Positions 10,332 through 20,002 of a DNA stretch of 64,000 nucleotides are shown here, piece by piece (the stretch's first letter is position 1; the number at the start of each line of letters is the position of its first letter). The stretch is from positions 98,578-162,577 of the forward strand of contig CAZDQF010000003.1 of assembly GCA_964507445.1 (NCBI GenBank). Direction: 5' to 3'. The notes beneath the pieces are model-generated. The model was not told the DNA's origin. It ran no database searches and worked only from the letters and a program-made list of their open reading frames with translations. This DNA is from an uncultured Isosphaeraceae bacterium (GTDB lineage Bacteria; Planctomycetota; GCA-002687715). Both the position numbers and the translations under genes were made by a program.

Positions 10332-11564
10332 CTACTGCGGCTTCACGAACAGGTAGAACATCTGCCCCACCTCCCGTGTGTAGCCGGCGAGCCGCTCCGC
10401 CTCATCACCCGTGCCGATGAACAGGTCGCAGCGACCCGCGGACCGGATCGCCCCTCCCGTGTCCTGATCCAGGGTCAGATAGGTGGCTTGGCGACGCACC
10501 ACCTGACTCGGATCGGACGGATCGGCGAAGGGCAGGGAGGTCACCACCACGCAGGGGCCACCCCGCGGGAACACGCTCTTGTCCGTAGCGATGCTGTGGT
10601 ACGGCGTCACCTTGGCGCCGATGCTCCCGAAGGGCCCCGGCTCCCGCTCCGTGAAGAACACGTAGGACTCGTTATGGGAGAGCACCCGTTCCACCTCGGA
10701 CGGGTTGTCTCTGAAGTAGCGCTTGAGGGTCGTCAGGGAGAGCTCACTGTCCTCGATCCTCCCCTCCTCCACCAAGCGCAGTCCGATGCTGCGATAGGGG
10801 CGGTCCGTCTTCCCCGCGTAACCGATGCAGAGCTGCTCCCCGGTCGGGAGGTTGACCCGAGCGGACCCCTGCACGTGGGCGATGTAGACCTCGAACGGAT
10901 CCTCCAGGTAGACGATCTCCAGGCCGTCGAGATGTCCGTTGGCGTGCAGCTCTGACCGTGAGAAGTACGGCACGACGTTCCCGTCAGGCAGACGCCGCCC
11001 CACCGGAGTCCCGTCAGCCTCCTTCACGAGATCGGCGGGCAACCCGTACAGGGCATGCCGGTAGGTGCCGTCCGGGGTCTTCCTGCCGTCGAAGATGGGC
11101 TCGCAGTAGGCGGTGAAGAGCACCTCCCCGGAGCCGTCCCATCCGCGGGATCGATAGAAGTCGAAGGAGAGCAGGCAGCGGCCCTGGAACTCCTCGGCGG
11201 ACTCGCTCCGCACGAGCGCGTCGCGGAGCACCTCGAGGGTGCGGATCTGGTCCCCGTGGGTGATGTCCCGATCGTTGGTCGGGTGAGGGAACCACTGGGT
11301 CGAGGACGGCTTGGAGAAGTAGGCGAGGCTCTCATCGAGGGCCTCGAGGGCCCGGTCCCTTTGGACGAACGTCGGGCGCATGTCTGGTATCTGGGCAGGA
11401 TCCGTGACCCGCTCCAGGGCCGGCACGCCCTCAGGCAACGGACGGGCGAAGTCCTTCCCCTCCTCGACCACCTCCGGATCGCTGGCGCAGGCGCCGAGCA
11501 TGAGGAGGACCAGCACGACCGGGGACCGCACAGCGTCCCGGGCCAGAGCGATACGACTTTGCAT
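10332..11564 (-). CDS. mltA: Membrane-bound lytic murein transglycosylase A (lipoprotein)
   Basis: Lipobox LGAC; LFTAYCEP, HVQGS, NESYVFF, DQDTGGAI and DLFIG (3D domain). Confidence 0.9.
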   Translation of the reverse strand: MQSRIALARDAVRSPVVLVLLMLGACASDPEVVEEGKDFARPLPEGVPALERVTDPAQIPDMRPTFVQRDRALEALDESLAYFSKPSSTQWFPHPTNDRDITHGDQIRTLEVLRDALVRSESAEEFQGRCLLSFDFYRSRGWDGSGEVLFTAYCEPIFDGRKTPDGTYRHALYGLPADLVKEADGTPVGRRLPDGNVVPYFSRSELHANGHLDGLEIVYLEDPFEVYIAHVQGSARVNLPTGEQLCIGYAGKTDRPYRSIGLRLVEEGRIEDSELSLTTLKRYFRDNPSEVERVLSHNESYVFFTEREPGPFGSIGAKVTPYHSIATDKSVFPRGGPCVVVTSLPFADPSDPSQVVRRQATYLTLDQDTGGAIRSAGRCDLFIGTGDEAERLAGYTREVGQMFYLFVKPQ

Positions 11565-11707
11565 GGCGAGGGCTCCCACGGCGCCACGCGGGCCCTCTCC
11601 CGCCGCGGCAATCCGCCCGTCGGCATCCTACCAGGGTGGGAGTAGTAGGATGCGGGGCGTCAGCCGGCCTCGGCTCACCGAGGCGATGGCCGGCAGGAGG
11701 AACGCCC

Positions 11708-13474
11708 ATGACCGCAAAGCTGCCGATCGTTCTGGCCGCGGCCCTGCTCTGGGCCCCCGTGACGGCCCAGGAGCACAAGCCCTCGCTCTCCGGGTGTCAT
11801 GCCATCGTAGGGGTGACGCTCATCAAGAGCCCGGGGGACGTCGTTGAAGGCGCCACCATCGTGATCCGCGACGGGCTCATCACCGCCGCGGACCGCGGAG
11901 TCTCCGTACCCGACGACGCCGAGGTCCTCGACGGTGGAACGCTCACCGTCACCGCGGGATTCACGGCGGTGGGACCCGAGCTGGGCGCGGCTCCGCCCAG
12001 CCCCGAGCGCAAGCAACCGGACGACGTCACCGCCGCCCCTCACGATCGGGGGCGTATGGGCATGACGCCTCAGCGCCGGGTCGGGCACGCGCTCAAGGCG
12101 GAGGAGGACCCGCTCCCGGGCAAACCCTGGCTCAAGCAAGGGGTCACCTCCCTCATCGTGCACCCCAAGGGTCGCCTGGTACCGGGCACCGCGGCGGTGG
12201 TCAGCACGGCCCCCGGTCCCGGCCCCGATCGTCTCATCAAGGAAGACGCGGGCGTCGTGCTGACCTTCAGCGGCGGACGGGGCTCCTACCCCGGGAGCCT
12301 CATGGGCATGGTGGCGGCCATCCGCCAGATGTTCCTCGACGCCGACAGGCTGAAGACCTGGCGGTCCCGGTTCGAGGCGAACCCGCGCGGCATTCCCTCG
12401 CCGCCCTACCAGGAGGACCTGCTGGCCGTCATCCCCACCCTCGGGGGCCAGGCCCCGACCCTGTTCCACTGCAATCGCTCAGGGGACGTGCGCCGCGCCC
12501 TGAACATCTCCCGGGAGTTCGACCTGAGACCATGGGTCCGCGGCGGCGCCGACCTCGGCAAGTCCGTGGACCGGGTCGCCACGGCCAAGGCCGTCGCCCT
12601 GCTGGAGGTGCCGGTGAAGAAGCCTGCCTACAAGGCGAACCAGCAGTGGCTTGAGGACGGCCTCTCGGCGGACGCTCCGGCCGCCCGCGACGACAGCGAC
12701 GAACGCCCCGTGGCCGTCAAGGAGAGCAGCGGGACGGAGACCCCCGCACCGACCACGGAGGACGTCTACATCCAGGAAGCCCGGGCGCTCCGGGTCACCA
12801 AGGAGCGCGAGGACCTGCGGCCGCACGTCACCGCCGGCGCCGCCCTGGCTGACCGGGGTGTGCCGCTGCTCATGGCCGCGTCCAAGCCCGACAGGTTCAT
12901 GGATCATGTCCGCACCCAGGTCCGCTTCGGACTCGCCCACGATCACGGGCTGGCGTCCCTGACCACGGGCCCCGCCGCCGCCGTGGGGTTGGGACGCTCC
13001 ATGGGGCGGGTCGAGGCCGGGTTCCGCGCCGACCTGGTGGTCACCCGCGGGCATCCTCTGGAGGACGGGGTCGTCGCTCACGTGTTCTGCCGCGGCGAAC
13101 GATTCGACCTGCCAGTGAAGAAGAAGAAGGGAGCCCCGGACGCCGACGGCGAGCAGCCCGACGGGAGCCCCCTCGTGGGTAAGTGGACCGTCGAAGTAGA
13201 GGGCCGGCAGTCGGGCGACGCGACGCTCACCATAGAGCAGGGAGACGACGGCCTGAGCGGCGTCTACGAGACCGGGTTCGGCGAAGGGCAGGTCCAGTCC
13301 GTCGAGGTGAAGGACGACGACGTGACCATCGTCTGCACCTTCTCCCGCGAGGAGTTCGAGATGGAGATCACGTTCGAAGGCACCCTCAGCAAGGACCGCA
13401 AGACCGTGGAGGGGGAGATGAAGCTCGGCCAGTTCGGAGCCAGGCCGTTCAAAGCGACGAAGGGAGGAGAGTGA
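11708..13474 (+). CDS. Exported amidohydrolase-fold protein, degenerate metal site, with C-terminal beta-rich domain
   Basis: Signal peptide; IVIRDGLI, YPGSLMG, GRVEAGFRADLVV; HxH replaced (GFTAVGPE). Confidence 0.75.
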   Translation: MTAKLPIVLAAALLWAPVTAQEHKPSLSGCHAIVGVTLIKSPGDVVEGATIVIRDGLITAADRGVSVPDDAEVLDGGTLTVTAGFTAVGPELGAAPPSPERKQPDDVTAAPHDRGRMGMTPQRRVGHALKAEEDPLPGKPWLKQGVTSLIVHPKGRLVPGTAAVVSTAPGPGPDRLIKEDAGVVLTFSGGRGSYPGSLMGMVAAIRQMFLDADRLKTWRSRFEANPRGIPSPPYQEDLLAVIPTLGGQAPTLFHCNRSGDVRRALNISREFDLRPWVRGGADLGKSVDRVATAKAVALLEVPVKKPAYKANQQWLEDGLSADAPAARDDSDERPVAVKESSGTETPAPTTEDVYIQEARALRVTKEREDLRPHVTAGAALADRGVPLLMAASKPDRFMDHVRTQVRFGLAHDHGLASLTTGPAAAVGLGRSMGRVEAGFRADLVVTRGHPLEDGVVAHVFCRGERFDLPVKKKKGAPDADGEQPDGSPLVGKWTVEVEGRQSGDATLTIEQGDDGLSGVYETGFGEGQVQSVEVKDDDVTIVCTFSREEFEMEITFEGTLSKDRKTVEGEMKLGQFGARPFKATKGGE

Positions 13475-14754
13475 TGATGCGGCTCCTTATGGCGGTGCTG
13501 GCCTGCACCGTGACCGTCCACGGACAGGACGTGTTCATCCACCGGGCCGCGGTCGTGCACACGGCCCTCGGCGCTCCCCTCCAGGACACCTCCATCCTCG
13601 TAAGAGGAGGCAAGATCGTCGCCATGGGTAGCGACCTGACGGCACCGGACGGCGTCAGGGTCATCGACGCCGCGGGGCTCCATGTCTCCCCCGGCACCAT
13701 CGACGCCCACAGTCACATCGCCGCCAGCGGCGGGGTCAACGAGAGCAGCCACTCCATCACCTGCGAGGTGCGCATCGAAGACATCCTCGACCCGGAGAGC
13801 ACCGCCATCTACCGCGCCCTCGCCGGCGGATGCACGGCGGCGCACGTCATGCACGGGAGCGCCAACGTCATCGGCGGGCAGAACTGCACCATCAAGCTCA
13901 AGTGGAAGCGCCCGGCGGAGGAGATGGTGGTGGCGGACGCCCCGAGGACGGTGAAGTTCGCCCTCGGCGAGAACCCCAAGCGCTCCAACTCTCGCGGCGG
14001 GAGGCGCGGACCACGCCGCTTCCCGACCAGCCGCATGGGGGTCGAGGCGCTGCTGCATCAGGCCTTCGAATCCGCCAAGGAGTACCGGGCGGCGTGGGCG
14101 GCGTTCCGCGAGAAGGAGAAGGCCGGCGTCAACGCCGTGCCCCCCCGCAAGGACCTGCGCAAGGAGGCCCTCGTGGACATCCTCGAGGGCCGCCTCAAGG
14201 TGCACAGCCACTGCTACCGCGCGGACGAGATCCTGATGCTCCTGGAGCTGGCGGACCGGTTCGGGTTCAAGATCTCGACCCTCCACCACGTCCTGGAGGG
14301 CTACAAGGTGGCCGAGGAGATCGCCGCCCACGGTGCCGGCGGCGCCACGTTCACGGACTGGTGGGGCTACAAGGTGGAGGCCTATGACGCCGTCCCCCAC
14401 AACGCCGCGATCATGCATCGGCACGGCGTGCTGATGAGCATCAAGTCCGACTCCGGGGACCACATCCGCCGCCTCAACACCGAGGCCGCCAAGGCCGTCA
14501 AGTACGGCGGCCTGTCGCCCCTCGAGGCCCTGCAACTGGTGACCCTGAACCCTGCCCGGCAGCTCGGCATCGACCACCGGACCGGCTCCCTCAAGGTCGG
14601 CCACGACGCGGACATCGCCATCTGGAGCGGCGACCCGCTGAGCACCCTGACCCGCTGCGAGATGACCCTCGTGGACGGCGAGGTGTTCTTCGATCGAGCG
14701 CGGGACCTGGAGAAGCGGACCGGGCATCAGCTGGCCCTGGAAGGAGGGAGATGA
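13474..14754 (+). CDS. Exported amidohydrolase (imidazolonepropionase/Xaa-Pro dipeptidase-like)
   Basis: PGTIDAHSH, KFALGENPK, HSHCYRADE, HHVLEGYK, SDS, GSLKVGHDAD. Confidence 0.88.
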   Translation: MMRLLMAVLACTVTVHGQDVFIHRAAVVHTALGAPLQDTSILVRGGKIVAMGSDLTAPDGVRVIDAAGLHVSPGTIDAHSHIAASGGVNESSHSITCEVRIEDILDPESTAIYRALAGGCTAAHVMHGSANVIGGQNCTIKLKWKRPAEEMVVADAPRTVKFALGENPKRSNSRGGRRGPRRFPTSRMGVEALLHQAFESAKEYRAAWAAFREKEKAGVNAVPPRKDLRKEALVDILEGRLKVHSHCYRADEILMLLELADRFGFKISTLHHVLEGYKVAEEIAAHGAGGATFTDWWGYKVEAYDAVPHNAAIMHRHGVLMSIKSDSGDHIRRLNTEAAKAVKYGGLSPLEALQLVTLNPARQLGIDHRTGSLKVGHDADIAIWSGDPLSTLTRCEMTLVDGEVFFDRARDLEKRTGHQLALEGGR

Positions 14755-16013
14755 ACATGCGCTTCCTGATCATCCTCGCGGTCCTGGTCGGCGGCCTGTC
14801 CGGGCAGGATCAGGCCATCGTCAACGTCTCCGTCTATGACGTGGAGGCCGGCGCCATCAAGCAGGACGTGGTGATCCTCCTCAAGGGCGACCGCATCCAC
14901 GCCGTGGCACCCGGGCTGAGCGTCCCCGACGGCGCGACCACCCTCGACGCCAAGGGCGCCACCGCCTACCCCGGCTTCATCGACGCCTGGACGACCCTCG
15001 GTCTGAACGAGATCCCCTCCGTCCAGGCCACCAACGACACCTCCGAGATCGGCAAGTGGAACGCCCACATGCGCGCGGGGGCGGCCATCAACCCTCACTC
15101 GGCTCACTTCCCGGTGGCCCGCTGCAACGGGATCACGTCCGCGGCCGTGATTCCTGGCGGCGGCACCCTGCCGGGACAGGCGGAGGTGCTCGACCTGTTC
15201 GGTCGAACGGTCCCCAAGATGCGCATCACCACTCCCGCGACCCTCCGGGTCCTCAACCTCCCCGCACCTCCGCGCCGGAACTACAGCGAGAAGGAGGAGA
15301 AGGACTACGCCAAGAAGGTGGAGAAGTCCTGGAAGGACGTGGAAGAGCAGTTCACCCAGGCACGGCGGCTCGCCAAGGTGCTCAGCACCGGCAACCAGCG
15401 CGCCGGTTCCCGGGTCCCCGGGCAGCAGAGGCTCTCCCTCCGGGCCACCGCGGAGCACCTGGACCGAGGCGCCCCTTGGCTGGTCTGGGCCAACGACCGT
15501 GATCACATCCTCGCGGTCCTCGACTTCGCGAAGAAGCACGAGCTCCGCCTGGTCATCGCCGGGCTGCAAGACGGATGGAAGGTGGCCGAGCGGTTGAAGG
15601 ACTCCGGGCACGGGCTCCTGGTGGGCTCCTCCTTCTCCAGCCCCGACACCCACGATCCGTACGACGCCGTGTTCTCCAACGCCGCCGTCATGCACCGCGC
15701 CGGTTGCCGCTTCGGCATCGTCACCAACTCCAACTCCAACGTCCGAAACCTGCCCTACCAGGCAGCAATGTCCGTGGCCTACGGCCTGCCTCGCGAGGCG
15801 GCCCTGCGCGCGCTCACCCTGGAGCCGGCTCGAGTCTTGGGGATCGAGGCGAGCCACGGTAGCCTCGAAGCAGGGAAGATCGCCAATCTGGTGATCTACT
15901 CAGCGGACCCCCTGGAGGCCAGCACCGATCCTGAGCAGGTGTTCATCCGAGGGCAACGCATCCCCCTGATCTCGAGACACACGTTCCTCGCCGGCCCCTT
16001 CCTCAAGCAATGA
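14751..16013 (+). CDS. Exported amidohydrolase-fold protein, degenerate metal site
   Basis: PGFIDAWTTLGL (no HxH), RNLPYQAA, GSLEAGKIANLV. Confidence 0.8.
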   Translation: MNMRFLIILAVLVGGLSGQDQAIVNVSVYDVEAGAIKQDVVILLKGDRIHAVAPGLSVPDGATTLDAKGATAYPGFIDAWTTLGLNEIPSVQATNDTSEIGKWNAHMRAGAAINPHSAHFPVARCNGITSAAVIPGGGTLPGQAEVLDLFGRTVPKMRITTPATLRVLNLPAPPRRNYSEKEEKDYAKKVEKSWKDVEEQFTQARRLAKVLSTGNQRAGSRVPGQQRLSLRATAEHLDRGAPWLVWANDRDHILAVLDFAKKHELRLVIAGLQDGWKVAERLKDSGHGLLVGSSFSSPDTHDPYDAVFSNAAVMHRAGCRFGIVTNSNSNVRNLPYQAAMSVAYGLPREAALRALTLEPARVLGIEASHGSLEAGKIANLVIYSADPLEASTDPEQVFIRGQRIPLISRHTFLAGPFLKQ

Positions 16014-17941
16014 CCGCAGACACCCCCGAAGGCTTCCTGGACACTCTCTCCGTCCGTCCCATGGTGTTCGACGGCGCCATGGGCACCATGCTCTACGAGT
16101 ACGGGTACTTCATCAATCGAGCCTTCGACGAGGCCAACCTGAGCAAGAAGGACAGCGTCAGGAAGATCCACGAGAGCTACGCCGCCGCGGGAGCGGATGT
16201 GCTGGAGACCAACACGTTCTCCGCCAACCGCTGCCTGCTCTCCCGTTACGGCGTCTCCGACAAGGTGCGTGAGATCAACCAGGCGGGCGTGCGCCTGGCT
16301 CGGGAGGCCAGCGCAGGTGACGCGTGGGTCGCCGGGGCCATCGGCCCCACGGGGGAAGGTCTGGGCGTCATGCCCGACCACAAGCAGGACGAGGTGCGGG
16401 ACGCCCTCCACGAGCAGATCGCCGCCCTCGTAGATGAAGGCGTGGACCTGCTCATGCTCGAGACGTTTCACCACCTGCGCGAGATGCGGATCGCCGTCGA
16501 GACCGCCAGGTCGCTGTTCGATGGCCCCCTGGTAGCGCAGATGAGCTTCCAGGAAGACGGGCACCTGCTGGACGGAACGGCCCCCCTGCGGGTCGCGCAG
16601 CTGTTGTCGTCCTGGGGCGCGGACGCCGTCGGGGTCAACTGTTGCGAAGGACCGGCGGTGGTCCATGACGTGGCGGCGGAGATGGTCCAGTCCGGTCATC
16701 TGGTGACCGCCATGCCCAACGCCGGACGCCCCCGGCGGCTGGATCAACGGACGCTCTACATGGCCACGGCGGAGTACTTCGGCGTCTACGCCAAGCGCAT
16801 GCTCAAGGCCGGTGTACGGGCCGTGGGCGGATGCTGCGGCACCCACCCGGAGCACATCGCGGCGGTGGCGGCGGCAGTCCGGATGCTCGACGGGGGCACG
16901 ACCCGCCTGGACGTATCCAGGACCAGGCGTCCCCCCGAGACCATCACGGTCCCCGGCGTCGACCCGATGCCGACGGAGCAGAAGTCCACCTTCGCCGCCA
17001 AGGTCATGGACATCTGGAATCAGCGCCTGGGCGCCGGCACGCGGCAGCAGCGGCCCGCCGGGCCGCAGGAGTTCGCGGTGTCGGTCGAGGTGAACCCCTC
17101 GCCGGGGCTGTCCGTGGACAAGCCCATGAAGGCGGCCCGCATGCTCAAGGCCGCGGGGGTCGACGTGATCAACATCGCCGACGGACCGCGGGCGGCGGTG
17201 CGCATGAGCAACACCGCCCTCGCCCTCGCTCTGCGCCGCGAGCTCGACACGGAGATCATCCTCCACGTCTGCTGTCGGGACCGGAACCTCCTGGGCCTGC
17301 AGAGCGACGTCCTCGGCGCCCACGTCATGGACCTGAAGAACCTGGTCGTCATCACCGGCGATCCGCCGAAGATGGGGGACTACCCCAAGGCCACGGCGGT
17401 CTTTGACCTGGACAGCATCGAACTGCTGAAGCTCATCGACGGGCTCAACAAGGGGATCGATCCGGCGGGCAAGATGGTCGGCGAGGCCACGTCGTTCTTC
17501 CTCGCCACGGGCGCGGAGCCGGGGGCCCTGGATTACGACCGGGAGTTGAACCGGCTGGAGATGAAGATCAAGGCCGGGGCGGAGATGGTCATGACCCAGC
17601 CGGTCTACGACACCGCCGTCGTCGAGCGATTCCTCGAGGACACGGCTTCTTTCGGCGTCCCCGTCCTGCTCGGCGTATGCCCGCTGGTGTCCGCGCGCAA
17701 CGCGGAGTTCCTCCACAACGAGGTGCCGGGCATGTCCGTCCCGCCGGCGACCCGGGAGCGCATGCAGGCCGCCGGGTCCGGTGCCCCCGGGGTCGCGGAG
17801 GGAGTGGCCATCGCGAGAGAGATGGTGGACGGGTTCGCAGATCGGATCGTGGGCTGCTACATCATGCCCCAGCTCGGTCGCTACAGCACCGCCATCGACG
17901 TCCTCGAGCCCGTGGGGTTCAAGGGGGGCGAGTCTCCATGA
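16010..17941 (+). CDS. yitJ: Bifunctional homocysteine S-methyltransferase / methylenetetrahydrofolate reductase
   Basis: DGAMGT, ETNTF, GVNC, PNAG, GGCCGT followed by MTHFR domain (CRDRNLLGLQS, TGDP, TQPVYD, LHNEVPG). Confidence 0.93.
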   Translation: MTADTPEGFLDTLSVRPMVFDGAMGTMLYEYGYFINRAFDEANLSKKDSVRKIHESYAAAGADVLETNTFSANRCLLSRYGVSDKVREINQAGVRLAREASAGDAWVAGAIGPTGEGLGVMPDHKQDEVRDALHEQIAALVDEGVDLLMLETFHHLREMRIAVETARSLFDGPLVAQMSFQEDGHLLDGTAPLRVAQLLSSWGADAVGVNCCEGPAVVHDVAAEMVQSGHLVTAMPNAGRPRRLDQRTLYMATAEYFGVYAKRMLKAGVRAVGGCCGTHPEHIAAVAAAVRMLDGGTTRLDVSRTRRPPETITVPGVDPMPTEQKSTFAAKVMDIWNQRLGAGTRQQRPAGPQEFAVSVEVNPSPGLSVDKPMKAARMLKAAGVDVINIADGPRAAVRMSNTALALALRRELDTEIILHVCCRDRNLLGLQSDVLGAHVMDLKNLVVITGDPPKMGDYPKATAVFDLDSIELLKLIDGLNKGIDPAGKMVGEATSFFLATGAEPGALDYDRELNRLEMKIKAGAEMVMTQPVYDTAVVERFLEDTASFGVPVLLGVCPLVSARNAEFLHNEVPGMSVPPATRERMQAAGSGAPGVAEGVAIAREMVDGFADRIVGCYIMPQLGRYSTAIDVLEPVGFKGGESP

Positions 17942-18582
17942 CCCGTCGCGTCCTCATCGGCATCGCCGGCGGCACCGCCTCCGGGAAGACCTCCATCGCC
18001 ACGGACATGAGCCGAACCATGGGGCCGGATCAGGCCATGGTGGTCCGGCTCGACGACTACTACCGGCAGCTCCCCGGAGACCTGGAGGAGCGCGGCCGCA
18101 CCAACTTCGACCACCCTGACGCGTTCGAGTGGCCCCTGCTGCAGACGCACATCAAGGCCCTCCTGAGCGGCCGGGCCGTACCCGTCCCCAGCTACGATCA
18201 CTCGATCCATCAACGTCGAGAGCGACCAAACCTGACGGCGGCGCGACCCGTGGTCATCCTGGAGGGGATCCTGGCCCTGTGGCCCACGGAGTTGCGACGC
18301 CTGATGAACCTGAAGGTGTTCGTGGACACCCCGCCGGATATCCGACTCGCCCGCCGCATCCGCCGTGACGTGGCGGAGAGAGACCGCACCCTCGACGCGG
18401 TGATCCAGCAATACGAAGCCACGGTGCGCCCCATGCACGAGCAGTTCTGCGAACCCACCAAGGCCCACGCCGACGTGGTGATCCCGCGCGGCGCGACCAA
18501 CCGGGTGGCCGTACAGATGGTGCTCTCCGGCACCCGCGCCCTGCTCCGTCACGACGGACAGGAGCGGTCTGAGCAGGCATGA
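17938..18582 (+). CDS. udk: Uridine kinase
   Basis: IGIAGGTASGKT, DDYY, NFDHPDA, EGIL, RRIRRD, VRPMHEQF; ATGA overlap. Confidence 0.92.
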   Translation: MTRRVLIGIAGGTASGKTSIATDMSRTMGPDQAMVVRLDDYYRQLPGDLEERGRTNFDHPDAFEWPLLQTHIKALLSGRAVPVPSYDHSIHQRRERPNLTAARPVVILEGILALWPTELRRLMNLKVFVDTPPDIRLARRIRRDVAERDRTLDAVIQQYEATVRPMHEQFCEPTKAHADVVIPRGATNRVAVQMVLSGTRALLRHDGQERSEQA

Positions 18583-19955
18583 GCCGCGGCCTGGTGGTGG
18601 TGGATGCGGTGGGGTTGACCCCCGGGCTCCTCGGCCCGGACACCCCGAACCTCAACCAGCTGGCAGCGACCGGTACGGCCACGCCTCTGGAGTGCCCGTT
18701 CCCGGCCCTCACCCTCTCCTCCCAGGCCTCCATCCTGACCGGCGCCGCGCCGACGAAACACGGCATCGTCGGCAACGGCTGGTGGTTCGACGAGCTGGCC
18801 GAGCCCCTGCTCTGGAGGCAGCCGCACGCGCTCCTGCAATGCGAGGACCTCCCCACCCGACTGCGACGGGAAAGAGACGGTTTCACGGTGGCCAAGCTCT
18901 TCTGGTGGTTCAACATGTACGCCCCCGTGGACTGGGCCATCACGCCCCGCCCCATGTATCCGGCGGACGGGCGCAAGGTCCCGGATATCCACACCCTGCC
19001 CGGCGACCTGCGCGATCAACTCCAGGGCGCTCTGGGTCCGTTCCCGCTGTTCCGCTTCTGGGGACCGGCGGCGGACCTCACCAGCTCCCGCTGGATCACG
19101 GACGCGTCCTTGCGGGTCATCGAACAACACACCCCCAGCCTCTCCCTCATCTACCTGCCGCACCTGGACTACGACTTCCAGCGGTTCGGCTCCAGCGACC
19201 CCAGGTCCCGACAGGCCCTGCGAGACGTGGACGGGCTCGTCGGCGAGATCGCGGCGACCGCTGCCCGCCTCGACATGACAACCCTGGTGCTCTCCGAGTA
19301 CGGGATCACGGACGTGAGCCGACCCGTTCATGTGAACAGGGCCCTGCGCCAGCAAGGGCTCCTGTCCATTCGCATGGAGGAAGGGCTCGAACGCCTGGAC
19401 TGCGGAGCCTCCCGCGCCTTCGCCGTGGCGGATCACCAGATCGCTCACGTCTACGTCCGCGATCCGGCGGACGCACCGGCCGTCCGAGACCTCCTCGCCG
19501 ACCTCCCAGGAGTGGAACAGGTGCTGGAAGGCCCCTCGCGCGCCGAGCAGGGTCTCGACCACGGGCGGGCCGGAGACGTGGTGCTGGTGGCGGACAGGGA
19601 CGCCTGGTTCACCTACTACTTCTGGACCGACGACCAGGTGGCCCCGGACTACGCCCGCACGGTCGACATCCACCGAAAGCCGGGCTATGACCCCGCGGAG
19701 TTGTTCCTCGACCCGCAGCTGTCATTTCCCAAGCTCAAGATCATCCGTCGGCTCCTGGGCAAGAAGCTCGGCTTCCGCAACCTCATGGACGTGATCGGGC
19801 TCGACGCCGGTCCGGTCCGCGGCTCTCACGGGCGGCGGGCGGACCATCCCGACGAGGGACCGATCCTCCTGTGCAGCGTCCCCTTCGAACACGACGACGC
19901 TCCGTACCCCCTGGCGCGGGTGCCCGAGCTCCTGGCGACCCTGAGCCCCCGTTGA
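18579..19955 (+). CDS. Alkaline phosphatase/nucleotide pyrophosphatase family protein, EboF-like
   Basis: FPALT, HGIVGNGW, FWWFNMY, YLPHLDY, DHQIAHVY, VDIHRKPGYDPAELF, GSHGR. Confidence 0.85.
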   Translation: MSRGLVVVDAVGLTPGLLGPDTPNLNQLAATGTATPLECPFPALTLSSQASILTGAAPTKHGIVGNGWWFDELAEPLLWRQPHALLQCEDLPTRLRRERDGFTVAKLFWWFNMYAPVDWAITPRPMYPADGRKVPDIHTLPGDLRDQLQGALGPFPLFRFWGPAADLTSSRWITDASLRVIEQHTPSLSLIYLPHLDYDFQRFGSSDPRSRQALRDVDGLVGEIAATAARLDMTTLVLSEYGITDVSRPVHVNRALRQQGLLSIRMEEGLERLDCGASRAFAVADHQIAHVYVRDPADAPAVRDLLADLPGVEQVLEGPSRAEQGLDHGRAGDVVLVADRDAWFTYYFWTDDQVAPDYARTVDIHRKPGYDPAELFLDPQLSFPKLKIIRRLLGKKLGFRNLMDVIGLDAGPVRGSHGRRADHPDEGPILLCSVPFEHDDAPYPLARVPELLATLSPR

Positions 19956-20002
19956 GCACCACCGACCCGAGCCCCGGCCCCAGCCCTCGCAGACGATCCA
20001 CC

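Noticed and set aside
13264-17716. Long antisense/alternate-frame ORFs (e.g. 13264-14727, 15896-17716, also 20506-22458, 22733-24562, 47171-49141)
   Set aside because: Shadow ORFs of well-supported genes in high-GC DNA; no recognisable motifs.
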